NCBI GenBank assembly: GCA_021378535.1
Contig: JAACJV010000002.1
Location: 27,876 to 91,875, forward strand
DNA length: 64,000 nt
DNA from: Ureaplasma sp. Hg1
GTDB taxonomy: Bacteria > Bacillota_I > Bacilli_A > Mycoplasmatales > Mycoplasmoidaceae
Reading direction: 5' to 3'
Shown in pieces: positions 33,536 through 45,518 of the stretch; position 1 is the stretch's first letter; every line of letters begins with the position of its first letter. The notes below the pieces were generated by a model. That model saw nothing but the letters and a program-made list of their open reading frames with translations, made no database searches and had not been told where the DNA came from. The position numbers and the translations under genes were made by a program.

Positions 33536-35284
33536 ATGGGTAAAAATAATATTAAAAATCTTATCAACACTTTCAATTTTGAAACAGATATTGATATTTC
33601 GCCTATACATAAGGTTAAAGAGAACATAGAAGGTCAAAAAGTTTGCGCACTTAGTAAACCAACACATACAGTTACCAGAGAACTGAAAACAATTAAAACA
33701 GGTAATAATGGTGATGATATAAAAATTGTAACGATACCTTTATCTGTTGATAATAATGCTAAAAAATTCTCTAAAATAAATAAAGAGTGAGATAAAGAGA
33801 GTTTTGAGGAAGACAATGTCAATGCCGATGTTGACTCACAAAGAACAATATTCCAACAATATCAGCATGAAATGTATAAAGATAGAGGGAACAATATGGC
33901 ATTTGTAACCAAGGATGAGGAATCTAAGATCGAAGAAAAATGAAATAGTTTATGGGACAATGATTGAGATAGAACGGTTAATATTAAAGTATTGGGCGTT
34001 GGCGGTGCAGGCAATAATATGGTGCACCATATGGCAAAAACAAATGCCTTACCAAAAGGTGTTGAATTATATGCTATAAATACTGATATTCAAGCTCTTA
34101 AAATTTTAGAAAAAATTGATAATAAAGTACTAATTGGTAAGAAATTAACCAAAGGTTTTGGGTCAGGAAGTGATCCTGAAGTTGGAAAAAATGCGGCTCT
34201 TGAAGATATTGCTGCAATAAAAAATAAAATTTTAAAAGGAACTGACTTATTATTTATTACTGCCGGTATGGGCAAAGGTACAGGTACAGGAGCTTCGCCA
34301 GAAATTGCTAAAATAGCTCGTGAAATGGGAATTCTTACAATTGCCATTGTTAATTTACCATCAATTAAAACTGAAGGTGAAAAAATGTATAAGAAGGCTT
34401 TAGGCGGCTTAGAAAATTTGACAGAAAACGTTGATGCTATTACTACGATTAGCAATGATAAAATTATAGCTCAAACTCTACAAAATGAAAATCTAAGTTG
34501 TATGGAAGCATACACTAAAGCCGATCAATTAATTTTTGAATCTGTTGGAGAAATTTCTAATATGGTTTTAGTGCCATCAAAAATAAATGTAGATTTTGCT
34601 GATGTTAAAACATTTTTTAAAACTCCGGGTCATTTCCAAACAGGTTATATTAATTTGATGGATATGGATAATTTAAAGCCTGCTATTGAAAAATGTTTTG
34701 CTGAAACTTTGTACGAAGAAAGTATGTATGGAGCAACTAAGGCTATTATTAATTATCGTTTAAATGAAACAATTCCAATATCAATATTATCAGCTACTAA
34801 AGATGTTTTTAAAGAAATGACTCAAAATGATGATATCGAAATAATTCATAGTTTAGATTATAAAAAGGATATTAAATGTGCGGAATTAAGTTTTGTCATT
34901 GCAACAAATAATCATTCAGATATTGAAACACTGAACATGGATAACAAGATTATCATGGGATCAAAAAAATCTCATTATGTTAGCTCAAAAAAAGATGAAA
35001 AAAATATTTCAATTAAATCACAAAATGTTAATTTGTCAGGGATTGAAACAAACAATTTCTTGAATGTAGAACCTAACATTAGTGCATACCGTAACAATAC
35101 AAGTGCTATGGATGATGAAGATGTATCTCTAGACATCAATCTAAAAGATAACACCATTGGAAACTCAACACAATTAAATGATTGTATTAGCAAAACACTT
35201 AAGCAAGCTACGCAACAATCAAGTCATAATAACCTTGAAATTTCTAAACGACGGTTTAAGGGAATAATGAAGAAAAATAATTAG
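33536..35284 (+). CDS. ftsZ: cell-division GTPase FtsZ with long N- and C-terminal extensions (582 aa)
   Basis: Core motifs are IKVLGVGGAGNNMV, TAGMGKGTGTGASP and NVDFADV. ORFs 33536 and 33992 are in one frame and I verified the 120 upstream codons as open. An alternative start at ATG 33896 has an AGAGGG RBS. Confidence 0.85.
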
Positions 35285-35360
35285 TAAAATTTAAATATTT
35301 TTTTATCAACAATATACTATTATTTAATTTATTTAGTACATATAAAATTATCACTGAGCA

Positions 35361-35408
35361 TCATTGCAAATGTAAACTATTTTTAAAAATAGTTTACATT
35401 TGCAATGA
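35361..35408. terminator. 48-bp perfect palindrome, probable ftsZ terminator
   Basis: TCATTGCAAATGTAAACTATTTTT / AAAAATAGTTTACATTTGCAATGA, followed by TTTT. Confidence 0.65.
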
Positions 35409-35677
35409 TTTTATTAATTTAGTGATATATCTTCAACTAAATTAATTTACAGTTATCCTCTAATGATTGTTATTCTGTTTTAAGGTAAAATGATAATATT
35501 AATTTTCTAAATATATTCATAAAATTATCATCAACAAGCAAGTAATGAACACATCTTAAAAATATTAAATAATAAATATTTTTAATTTAATATAATAACA
35601 AAAGTAATGCTTTCTACACATATATAAAAGTTAAAGGTTTATAATTAATATACTTAGATAAAACGGGAGAATAGTTT

Positions 35678-35887
35678 ATGCCAAAAAATATTTATTATGT
35701 TTCGCCACACGGTGAAAAAGGATGAAAAATAATGAAACAAAATGCTACTAAAGCATCATATGTTTTTGCCACAAAGGCAGAAGCTATGGAAAAAGCTCGA
35801 GAATTTTGCAAGACTCAAGAAGCGACTGTTATCGTAAAAGACCGTAACGGTAAACACCAAGAAACAATTAGATATAATAGTAAATAA
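35678..35887 (+). CDS. DUF2188-like small protein, 69 aa
   Basis: MPKNIYYVSPHGEKGWKIMKQNATKASYVFATKAEAMEKAREFCKTQEATVIVKDRNGKHQETI. GGGAGA RBS is present, with one TGA. Confidence 0.55.
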
Positions 35888-36196
35888 ATTATTATATTTA
35901 TAGAACTCCTAAGCTAATGTATTAAATTACAACGCTTGGGATTTTATTATTGATTTATAGCACTATTATTAATATTGATTCTAGTTAATAATACTATGGT
36001 TTACAAAAACCTTATACGTTTGAAAATAACAACTTTAATGGGTTTTCATTTTGCTCTTTTCAAACGTAATATATTTGTGTTAATATTTAGTTAGATATTT
36101 TATGAAATTATTTCATACTTAAATTTTTTAAGATTATCATGAAATTGATTTTTAACTAAGATATACGTTTATAACGAAAAAGATTTGGAGTGAGAT

Positions 36197-38609
<2,413 letters not shown>

Positions 38610-38618
38610 AGGTTAAAT

Positions 38619-39416
38619 ATGTCAAACGATACTACTAAATTCAATGCCAGACAAGATATTTTGGCGAATGATTGATATAATATTTTAAATGTCGAAACTA
38701 CCAGTTCTGGAATGCAGATAACTGAATCTTATAGACATTTAGCAAAAATGTATCACCCAGATTTAAATAAGGAGTCGGATGCAATATATAAATTTCATTT
38801 AATTAATGAAGCATATCAAATTTTAGGTAACGAAGAGAATCGAGCAATGTACGATTGAGAAATGGGCATTTCTTCTAAATTAGATGCATTTAGATTTAAC
38901 ATTACATCAGACATAGAGGAAATTTTTGAAATTTCCAATGAGCTTTTAGAAAACCAAATTACTGATCCTACCGTTATCTATCGGGAAATTTGAATAAATA
39001 TAAAATCTATAGCTGAAAGAAATCATGTTTACACTCAACTTAAACGCAAATTAGATATAATAGCATCATTAGATTTAAAACTACAAGAATTTAATGAAGG
39101 CACAAGAATATCGGTCCCAATCGATCGTTATCGTATTTGTTCTGTTTGTAGGGGTAGTAGTCACATTGGTGTTGAAAGATTGCAAAAATGTTACCATTGC
39201 CAAGGTTTTGGATTAGAACACGAAAGAATTTTTGCAAATATTAAAGTTCTACCAAATACTCCAACCGATAAAACAATAAAAATACCTGGTAGGGGAAATA
39301 AAACACCAATTGGAACTGGAGATTTAATTATAAAGTTACACTTAACATCTAAAATTAGCATGTGGCCAAGAGCTACAACAAGAATGATGAGAGCTAAATC
39401 CAAGAATAAAAAATAG
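38619..39416 (+). CDS. J-domain protein (DnaJ paralog with reduced zinc-finger region), 265 aa
   Basis: The J-domain has WYNILNV...YRHLAKMYHPDLNK...NEAYQILGNEENRAMYD (HPD motif). Only CSVCRGS and CYHCQGFG cysteine pairs remain. I verified the frame codon by codon from 38619 to 39180. Confidence 0.75.
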
Positions 39417-39432
39417 ATATAATTCATAAATA

Positions 39433-39459
39433 TTAGCACTCAAATGTTGACATTGCTAA
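39433..39459 (+). promoter_or_regulatory. CIRCE-like HrcA operator upstream of dnaJ
   Basis: TTAGCACTC-N9-CATTGCTAA compared with consensus TTAGCACTC-N9-GAGTGCTAA. The left arm is perfect and the right arm matches 7/9. Confidence 0.6.
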
Positions 39460-39528
39460 AATAAAATAGTAATATAAAATATATAAATTTGAAGATTTAT
39501 TTTTTTAATTAAGTAAAGGATGATAATT

Positions 39529-40704
39529 ATGCCACAAAAAAGAGATTATTATGAAGTCTTAGGGATATCAAAAAGTGCAAGTGCTGCTGAAATTAAACGT
39601 GCCTTTCGTAATTTAGCAATGCAATTTCATCCTGATCGTAATAAAAAAGAAGGCGCTGAGGAAAAATTTAAAGAAGTAAATGAGGCTTATGAAATACTAA
39701 GTGACCAAGAAAAAAAATCTATTTATGATAAATATGGACATGCGGGTTTAGAAGGACAAGGAATAAACTTTGATGGGTTTAATCCATTTGATATTTTTAA
39801 TCAATTCTTTGGAGGCAATAATAGTAATACGCAAAGTTCATCATTCGGCGGATTTGAGGATATTTTTGGTAGTTTTTTTAGTAACGGGCCACAACAATCA
39901 AATTTTGACAATAGAGCACATAAGGAATCATTAGATATTCATATTCCAATATCAATATCTTTTATTGAAGCTCTTAACGGGACGGAAAAAAAAGTATCTT
40001 TTGATAGACGAGTTGTTTGCGATAATTGCGAAGGATCAGGAGCCGAATCGAAGGACGATATAATTCAATGTAGCGGATGTCAAGGCCATGGTGTTGTTAT
40101 TACTCAAAAACGCACAATATTAGGAATGATGCAAAGTCAATCTATTTGTCCTAATTGTTCAGGTACAGGTAAATCTATTAAAAACAAATGCAAAAGTTGT
40201 TCAGGTAAAGGCTATAATATTAGTGAAGTAACTATTAAAGCGACCATACCAGCAGGTGTTGAACATCGAGAAAATTTAATCGTGAGCAATAAAGGGCACA
40301 AGAATAAAAGCGATAATGGAAATTTATATTTAATTATAAATGTTAATCCAAGTAAATTCTTTGAACGACACGGGTTAGATATTTATACATACTTATATGT
40401 TGACCCTTTAAAAGCATTAGTTGGCGGCGAAGTAGAAATTGTAACACCATATGGCGTTGAAAAATACGAACTTATGCCGGGAACAAAACATGATCAAAAA
40501 ATAATCATTCATGGGCGTGGTGTCAAAACAGATAAGAAACGTGTGTTAGGTGGTAATTTATCAGGTAATTTAGTTTGTGTAGTTAGATATTCTGAATCTA
40601 ACAAGTACACAAAATCAGAAATTTCAATAATAAAAAAATTGGCTGAAAAATCTAATAAATATACAGAAAAACATAATGCTGAAGTTTTAAAAGAGGTGAG
40701 ATAA
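39529..40704 (+). CDS. dnaJ: molecular chaperone DnaJ
   Basis: [33 protein letters not shown] is followed by a G/F-rich region and four CxxCxGxG zinc-finger repeats. AAAGGA RBS lies 8 nt before ATG 39529. Confidence 0.9.
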   Translation: MPQKRDYYEVLGISKSASAAEIKRAFRNLAMQFHPDRNKKEGAEEKFKEVNEAYEILSDQEKKSIYDKYGHAGLEGQGINFDGFNPFDIFNQFFGGNNSNTQSSSFGGFEDIFGSFFSNGPQQSNFDNRAHKESLDIHIPISISFIEALNGTEKKVSFDRRVVCDNCEGSGAESKDDIIQCSGCQGHGVVITQKRTILGMMQSQSICPNCSGTGKSIKNKCKSCSGKGYNISEVTIKATIPAGVEHRENLIVSNKGHKNKSDNGNLYLIINVNPSKFFERHGLDIYTYLYVDPLKALVGGEVEIVTPYGVEKYELMPGTKHDQKIIIHGRGVKTDKKRVLGGNLSGNLVCVVRYSESNKYTKSEISIIKKLAEKSNKYTEKHNAEVLKEVR

Positions 40705-41735
40705 TGAATTCAGGTAGAATAGATTTAAAAAAATTACATGGTAATGTAGTAACGTCATCCGATTCTAAGGGTACAACTAAATTAGAAGAAATTGAACCAG
40801 GAAGTGGAATTTATAAAAAAGTAGGAAAACGTAAAAATATTCCAACTAGAGCCTTTCGTGCGGATGAATTAGATGAAACAAGCGATAAGCAGAAGAGCCA
40901 TCTTAGTGGAGGCACTAGTAAGTTAAATACAAAAACGAAAAAACTTACAACTAAAATAGATCCAATAAACGAAAAAACTAACATAATAGAAAATTTTGAT
41001 GATAAAACAAAACAGATTATTGGATTGGACGATGAAGTTATTGTACAAAAATCAACACACAATAGAAGAAGAGCATCCACTAGTTCAAGTATAGCTGTTG
41101 CTAAAAATTCAAGCAACAAAAAATCTGCAAATAGAAAAAAAGGTGTGAAAAATCCAGATGATGATATTACATCACAAGATTATGAAATCGCATACGACAT
41201 TCTTCAAAAGAAATATGATACATTAGATTTAAAACTGCAAAATACAATTAATGAAAATATTAAATTAAATGCTGAAGTAAATAAAATAAGAGGACAATTA
41301 ATTAATAAAATTCAAGAGAAAACTAAAGAAGCTAAACTTATTATTGATGCTAAATTAAAAGAAAATGAAGCAAAATTTCAATCAGAAATAAAGCAAGCAA
41401 AAGAAGCTGCCTTAGAAACTGACATAATTAACTTCATTGATATAATTTTACATTTGGAAACAGCGATAGTTAAGTCTCCTGATAATATAGCAGTAAAAAA
41501 TTATGTCACGGGTTTTAATATGATATTAAATATGTTCTACAATCAATTAGGAACCATGGGGATTAGCCAAATAGATGTGAATGTTGGAGATGAATTTAAT
41601 GCAAATTATATGGAAGCTTTTGACACTGAAGAAAATCCTAAATTTAAAACAAATAAAATAATAGAAATTTATAAAAAAGGTTTTGTACTTAATGACAAGG
41701 TAATAAGACACACGTTAGTAAAGGTCGCAAAATAA
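40704..41735 (+). CDS. grpE: nucleotide exchange factor GrpE with ~190-aa Lys/Ser/Thr-rich N-terminal extension
   Basis: The ATG overlaps the dnaJ TAA (TAATG). The C-terminal part has a coiled coil plus ...GISQIDVNVGDEFNANYMEAF...VLNDKVIRHTLVKVAK, typical of GrpE. Confidence 0.8.
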   Translation: MNSGRIDLKKLHGNVVTSSDSKGTTKLEEIEPGSGIYKKVGKRKNIPTRAFRADELDETSDKQKSHLSGGTSKLNTKTKKLTTKIDPINEKTNIIENFDDKTKQIIGLDDEVIVQKSTHNRRRASTSSSIAVAKNSSNKKSANRKKGVKNPDDDITSQDYEIAYDILQKKYDTLDLKLQNTINENIKLNAEVNKIRGQLINKIQEKTKEAKLIIDAKLKENEAKFQSEIKQAKEAALETDIINFIDIILHLETAIVKSPDNIAVKNYVTGFNMILNMFYNQLGTMGISQIDVNVGDEFNANYMEAFDTEENPKFKTNKIIEIYKKGFVLNDKVIRHTLVKVAK

Positions 41736-41765
41736 TTAATTTTCAAATTATTTGGGTATTAATAT

Positions 41766-42575
41766 ATGGATAATAAAGTAACGGCAATTAGCTTATTTGT
41801 AAATCATACTAATTACATTGCAGAAGATATTTTAGATATAAATCAAATTCATAATGGATTTACAAATATTTCCTTTTTGATTATTACGAAAAATAAGCAA
41901 AAATTCCAAATAAGAATTGGCGGTAGTAATCATGTGGTTAATAGAAAAAATGAGGAAAGAGTTTTAAAAGCCATTCACAACGATACATTCATTTACTATG
42001 ATAATAAAAATGGTAATGCAATTAAGAAATGAATTGATGGAGTAAATCCCAAATTTGAAGAATTAGATGATGTATTTTTAGAGTCATTAGCTTTGGCCAT
42101 TCGTAATCTTCATAATACAAATATTAAAGACACAAACATAATCATGCACGATCCCTTTTGCTTTATTAATAAAGCTGTGATGGGAAATAATCATGTGACT
42201 ACTTATAGAAAATTATTAGATAAATATAGTTACCTACCATTAGTACTAAGTCATAATGATATCAACACTAGAAATTTAATTTATAATAATAATAAAGTTT
42301 TTTTAATAGATTTTGAATGGTCGAGAATAAATAATGAATATTGAGATTTAGCTAATTTTATAAGAGAAGAAAAACTTCCGATGGATAAAATTATTAAACT
42401 TTATAAATATTATGGAGGAATAGAATTGCCAATTTTAAAAGATTTTATTTATTTGACTACAAATTTCGCAGTTCAATGAACATATTGTATGACAGAAACT
42501 CCTAAAATATTGGACTACCGACAGAAACAATTAAAATTATTGGATTACTATTATGATTTACTTATTAACATATAA
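41766..42575 (+). CDS. choline/ethanolamine kinase-like phosphotransferase (APH/ChoK fold)
   Basis: GFTNISFLI, LVLSHNDINTRNLI (Brenner motif HxDxxxxN) and FLIDFEWS (DFE). ORFs 41766 and 42093 are in one frame, joined by TGA. Confidence 0.7.
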
Positions 42576-42678
42576 ATCAATCTTGTCTAATTTATTATAA
42601 ATATTTATTAAATACATTCCCATGGAAAAAGGAAATGTATTTAATTTTTATATATAGAAAACTAAAGTTTTTAACATT

Positions 42679-42906
42679 TTATTTTGTTTTAAAAGCTTTA
42701 GTTGAAATTACTGAGTTACTATCTTGTGGTATAAAATTATTAGTTTTCTTAGCTTGCTTCTTACTATTGCTAATATTTAATGAAGCAGTCACCGCACCAG
42801 AAATAAGACTAATTAAAACAGTAGCGCACGTAACTATCCCCCATATGATCCCTGGAGCCATCCCACCAACTATATTTTGTTTGCTATTTTGATCAAGTTG
42901 TTTCAT
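42679..42906 (-). CDS. double-glycine-leader peptide B (75 aa; predicted 15-aa leader plus 60-aa hydrophobic/cationic peptide)
   Basis: MKQLDQNSKQNIVGG | MAPGIIWGIVTCATVLISLISGAVTASLNISNSKKQAKK... The ATG overlaps the TAA of peptide A (TAATG). The stop is a true TAA, followed by a hairpin at ~42611-42650. Confidence 0.6.
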   Translation of the reverse strand: MKQLDQNSKQNIVGGMAPGIIWGIVTCATVLISLISGAVTASLNISNSKKQAKKTNNFIPQDSNSVISTKAFKTK

Positions 42907-43175
42907 TATGCAAAGGGAATTCCAAAATTTATTTTAGTATTATATCCATTAGGAGCGGCACGAATATATGTTTTGGGAGAAGTGTTTCTATACATATTAG
43001 GGCTAGAGAAAGCAGGGTTTGGGTTATTATAGTAAATGTTTTGGTTAACCAAATTTAAGACACCAATCATACTTCCTGAAATCATAGATAACCCAGCGGC
43101 TTTATTTCAAAAGAAATTTGATTTCATCGCCCCACCTGTGATATCTAGTTTAGATTCAATTTCTAATTTTTTCAT
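42906..43175 (-). CDS. double-glycine-leader peptide A (89 aa; predicted 15-aa leader plus 74-aa peptide)
   Basis: Hand translation gives MKKLEIESKLDITGG | AMKSNFFWNKAAGLSMISGSMIGVLNLVNQNIYYNNPNPAFSS...FGIPFA. A strong GGAGG RBS lies ~9 nt upstream. One TGA (Trp) explains its absence from the track. Confidence 0.6.
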
Positions 43176-43224
43176 TTTATTTACCTCCACTTATTACTAC
43201 TAAGATTTGTTTTATAAATCTTAA

Positions 43225-43701
43225 TTATTTTAAGTATTTAATTTCAATATTACTTATTTTATTTTTATCTATTCATAATATAATATATGTTTTAGTTAAA
43301 AAATTATTCCGGGGATAAGCAATTGATCCGGGATTTATTATTGTTACATCATTTATTTTATCAATAATTTCAATATGACTATGGCCATAAACAACTAGAT
43401 TAGCGTTATAATTTTCCGCATCATTATAAAGATTTTGATGTCATTTCTTTTTATTTCATGACACGTGGTTGTGACCATGTACCATGAAAACGATTACATC
43501 TTCAATTTTAAATATTTTTTCAGACTCACCGATATAATCATTATTTCCTGCAACATAAAAATCACAAACTTCATCCATATATTTTTTAGACGTTGTGTGA
43601 TCACCGGCATGAATGATTAAGTCTGGTTGTTCCAACATAATAATTTCTTCCAATATCTTATTTTTCCCATGCGAATCTGAAACCACAAGTACTTTTGTCA
43701 T
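43225..43701 (-). CDS. YfcE/MJ0936-family metallophosphoesterase, 158 aa
   Basis: MTKVLVVSDSHG...IHAGDH...GNND...VHGH...YGHSH motifs. GGGGAGA RBS is present. I read the tail codon by codon through four TGA codons to TAA 43227-43225. Confidence 0.8.
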
Positions 43702-43748
43702 TTGAATTTCTCCCCTTTTCTTATTATGTTTCTATCTAATTTATTTTT

Positions 43749-45518
43749 TTAAGTTATTTTATTTTTTAATGAAATTGCTGTATTGAGTGGAATAATTTGT
43801 GAAATTTCTTCAATGGTCGCTTCCTTTAAATCTAAAATTGTTGGATATCGTTCTAATAAAAGTTTTTTTCGTTTTGGTCCTAATCCTGGAATTCCATCAT
43901 AAACTGATGCTAGCTGACTTTTAATTCTCTTTGCGCGAAAAAATGAAATAGCAAAGCGATGGACTTCTTCTTGCATATTAAAGAGAAAGAAGAACAAGTC
44001 GCTTGATTTATCCAATTGAATTTCATTCCCATCGAACAAAACAATCGCATCAGTACGATGACGGGCATCTTTTTTTAACCCAATTAAGGGAACAATACTA
44101 TCAATATTTAATTCATGAAGTGCCTTCATTCCTGCATTAACCTGCGGCTTGCCACCATCAACAATAATAAGGTGCGGTAGATTTGAATTATTTTTAATTA
44201 GAGCACTATATCGACGTAAAATTATTTCATACATATAATGATAATCAGAAGCATTCTTGGTTGTCTTTAAATTAAACTTTCGATAATTTTTTTTGTTTGG
44301 AACACCGTTTTTATAAACAACCATTCCAGCTACAGGTGTATCTAGATTAATATTACTATTGTCAAAAATTTCAATTTCATCAACACTATCTAAATCTAAA
44401 AGTTTGGCTAATTGTTCGCACGCTCCAATAGTTCTATTATATTTTCTTTCGTACTTAGATTGATCGGTCATTAGTTGCTTTTGAGCGTTTTTGTGAGCCA
44501 CTTTAATAATATCTTTGTATTGCCCCTTATATGGATTAATAAATTGCGTAGTTAAGCTATCGCTTAAAATATTAATGTCTTCTAATTCCAAAGTTATATA
44601 AATCTTACTAGGTAATTTACTATGACTATAAAATTGCATAACATAATCAACAATTGTTTCATTAACATCATTATAATAATGATCTAGCATTACATGCTTG
44701 GACAGTAGTTTCCCATTAATATAGCTAAATATGATAATACATATATAATTGTTATTTATTGCGAAACCAATAACATCAGTATCATTTTTATTTATTAATT
44801 GAACAACTTGATGGTTTATCAAATGACTAATTCCATTTTGCAAATCTAAATATTTTTGAGCTCCTTCATAATCCATTTGGGCAACTGCATTTTCTTCTTG
44901 AATTATTAAATTGTCTATAATTGATTTAGTTTTATGATTAAAAATATTATTAATTTCATCTTTATATTTTTTATAATCCGCTAAGTTAATATTATTAATA
45001 CACGGCCCTAAACATTGTCCCATATCGTAGTAGATACATTTGTGATCGGGAATTATACGGCATTTGCGAAAGGGAATTAAGCGTAAAAGGAGATTGTAAA
45101 TTTCATATCGATTACTATCATTATTAGCTAAAGGGCCATAATATTTACCTTTAGTGGGTTGATAATTATGTGTATAAATAATTCTAGGATGTTTTTCATT
45201 TGTTACTAAAATATATGGATATCCGCTACCGCTTTTTAATAAAACATTATATTTGGGTTGGTATTTTTTAATTAAATTATTTTCTAAAATTAATGATTCA
45301 TTTTCATTGTCAACTACGATATAATCAATATCATAAATATTATCTACTAACATTTGTATCCTAGTATTATGGGTTTTAAGAAAGTATTGATGGGTTCGAC
45401 TAAAAAGATTTTTTGCCTTACCAACGTAAATAACATGTCCCGAAGCGTCCTTCCACAAATAACAACCTGGTTGTTTAGGTAATGTCTTTAATTTTAGCAA
45501 TAATTCATTACGGTTCAT
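43749..45518 (-). CDS. uvrC: excinuclease ABC subunit C
   Basis: Uninterrupted 589-aa ORF with a GIY-YIG N-terminus (GCYLWKDASGHVIYVGKAKNL...R), a UvrBC domain, and C-terminal RNase H-like and HhH regions. Confidence 0.92.
   Translation of the reverse strand: MNRNELLLKLKTLPKQPGCYLWKDASGHVIYVGKAKNLFSRTHQYFLKTHNTRIQMLVDNIYDIDYIVVDNENESLILENNLIKKYQPKYNVLLKSGSGYPYILVTNEKHPRIIYTHNYQPTKGKYYGPLANNDSNRYEIYNLLLRLIPFRKCRIIPDHKCIYYDMGQCLGPCINNINLADYKKYKDEINNIFNHKTKSIIDNLIIQEENAVAQMDYEGAQKYLDLQNGISHLINHQVVQLINKNDTDVIGFAINNNYICIIIFSYINGKLLSKHVMLDHYYNDVNETIVDYVMQFYSHSKLPSKIYITLELEDINILSDSLTTQFINPYKGQYKDIIKVAHKNAQKQLMTDQSKYERKYNRTIGACEQLAKLLDLDSVDEIEIFDNSNINLDTPVAGMVVYKNGVPNKKNYRKFNLKTTKNASDYHYMYEIILRRYSALIKNNSNLPHLIIVDGGKPQVNAGMKALHELNIDSIVPLIGLKKDARHRTDAIVLFDGNEIQLDKSSDLFFFLFNMQEEVHRFAISFFRAKRIKSQLASVYDGIPGLGPKRKKLLLERYPTILDLKEATIEEISQIIPLNTAISLKNKIT

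Noticed and set aside
33896-33898. Calling ftsZ from the internal ATG 33896 (good AGAGGG RBS) and treating 33536..33895 as non-coding
   Set aside because: The 120 codons upstream are stop-free in the same frame in very AT-rich DNA, and ATG 33536 lies only 31 nt after the preceding gene. The long form is therefore kept as the primary call, and the short form is recorded as a possible isoform.
35888-36196. Possible T-box leader or attenuator upstream of leuS (12-bp stem TACGTTTGAAAA / TTTTCAAACGTA at 36015..36068)
   Set aside because: The hairpin is real, but I could not find a T-box consensus (AANNNGGGTGGTACCGCG-like), a specifier loop or an antiterminator alternative. It is more simply the terminator of the upstream small DUF2188-like gene or a non-specific AT-rich hairpin.
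42635-42892. Plus-strand 85-aa track ORF overlapping peptide B
   Set aside because: It is antisense to the minus-strand ORF. It lacks an RBS, starts inside the convergent terminator region and looks like a hydrophobic mirror-image shadow of the minus-strand coding sequence. The minus-strand ORF has coupled translation with peptide A and a shared leader.
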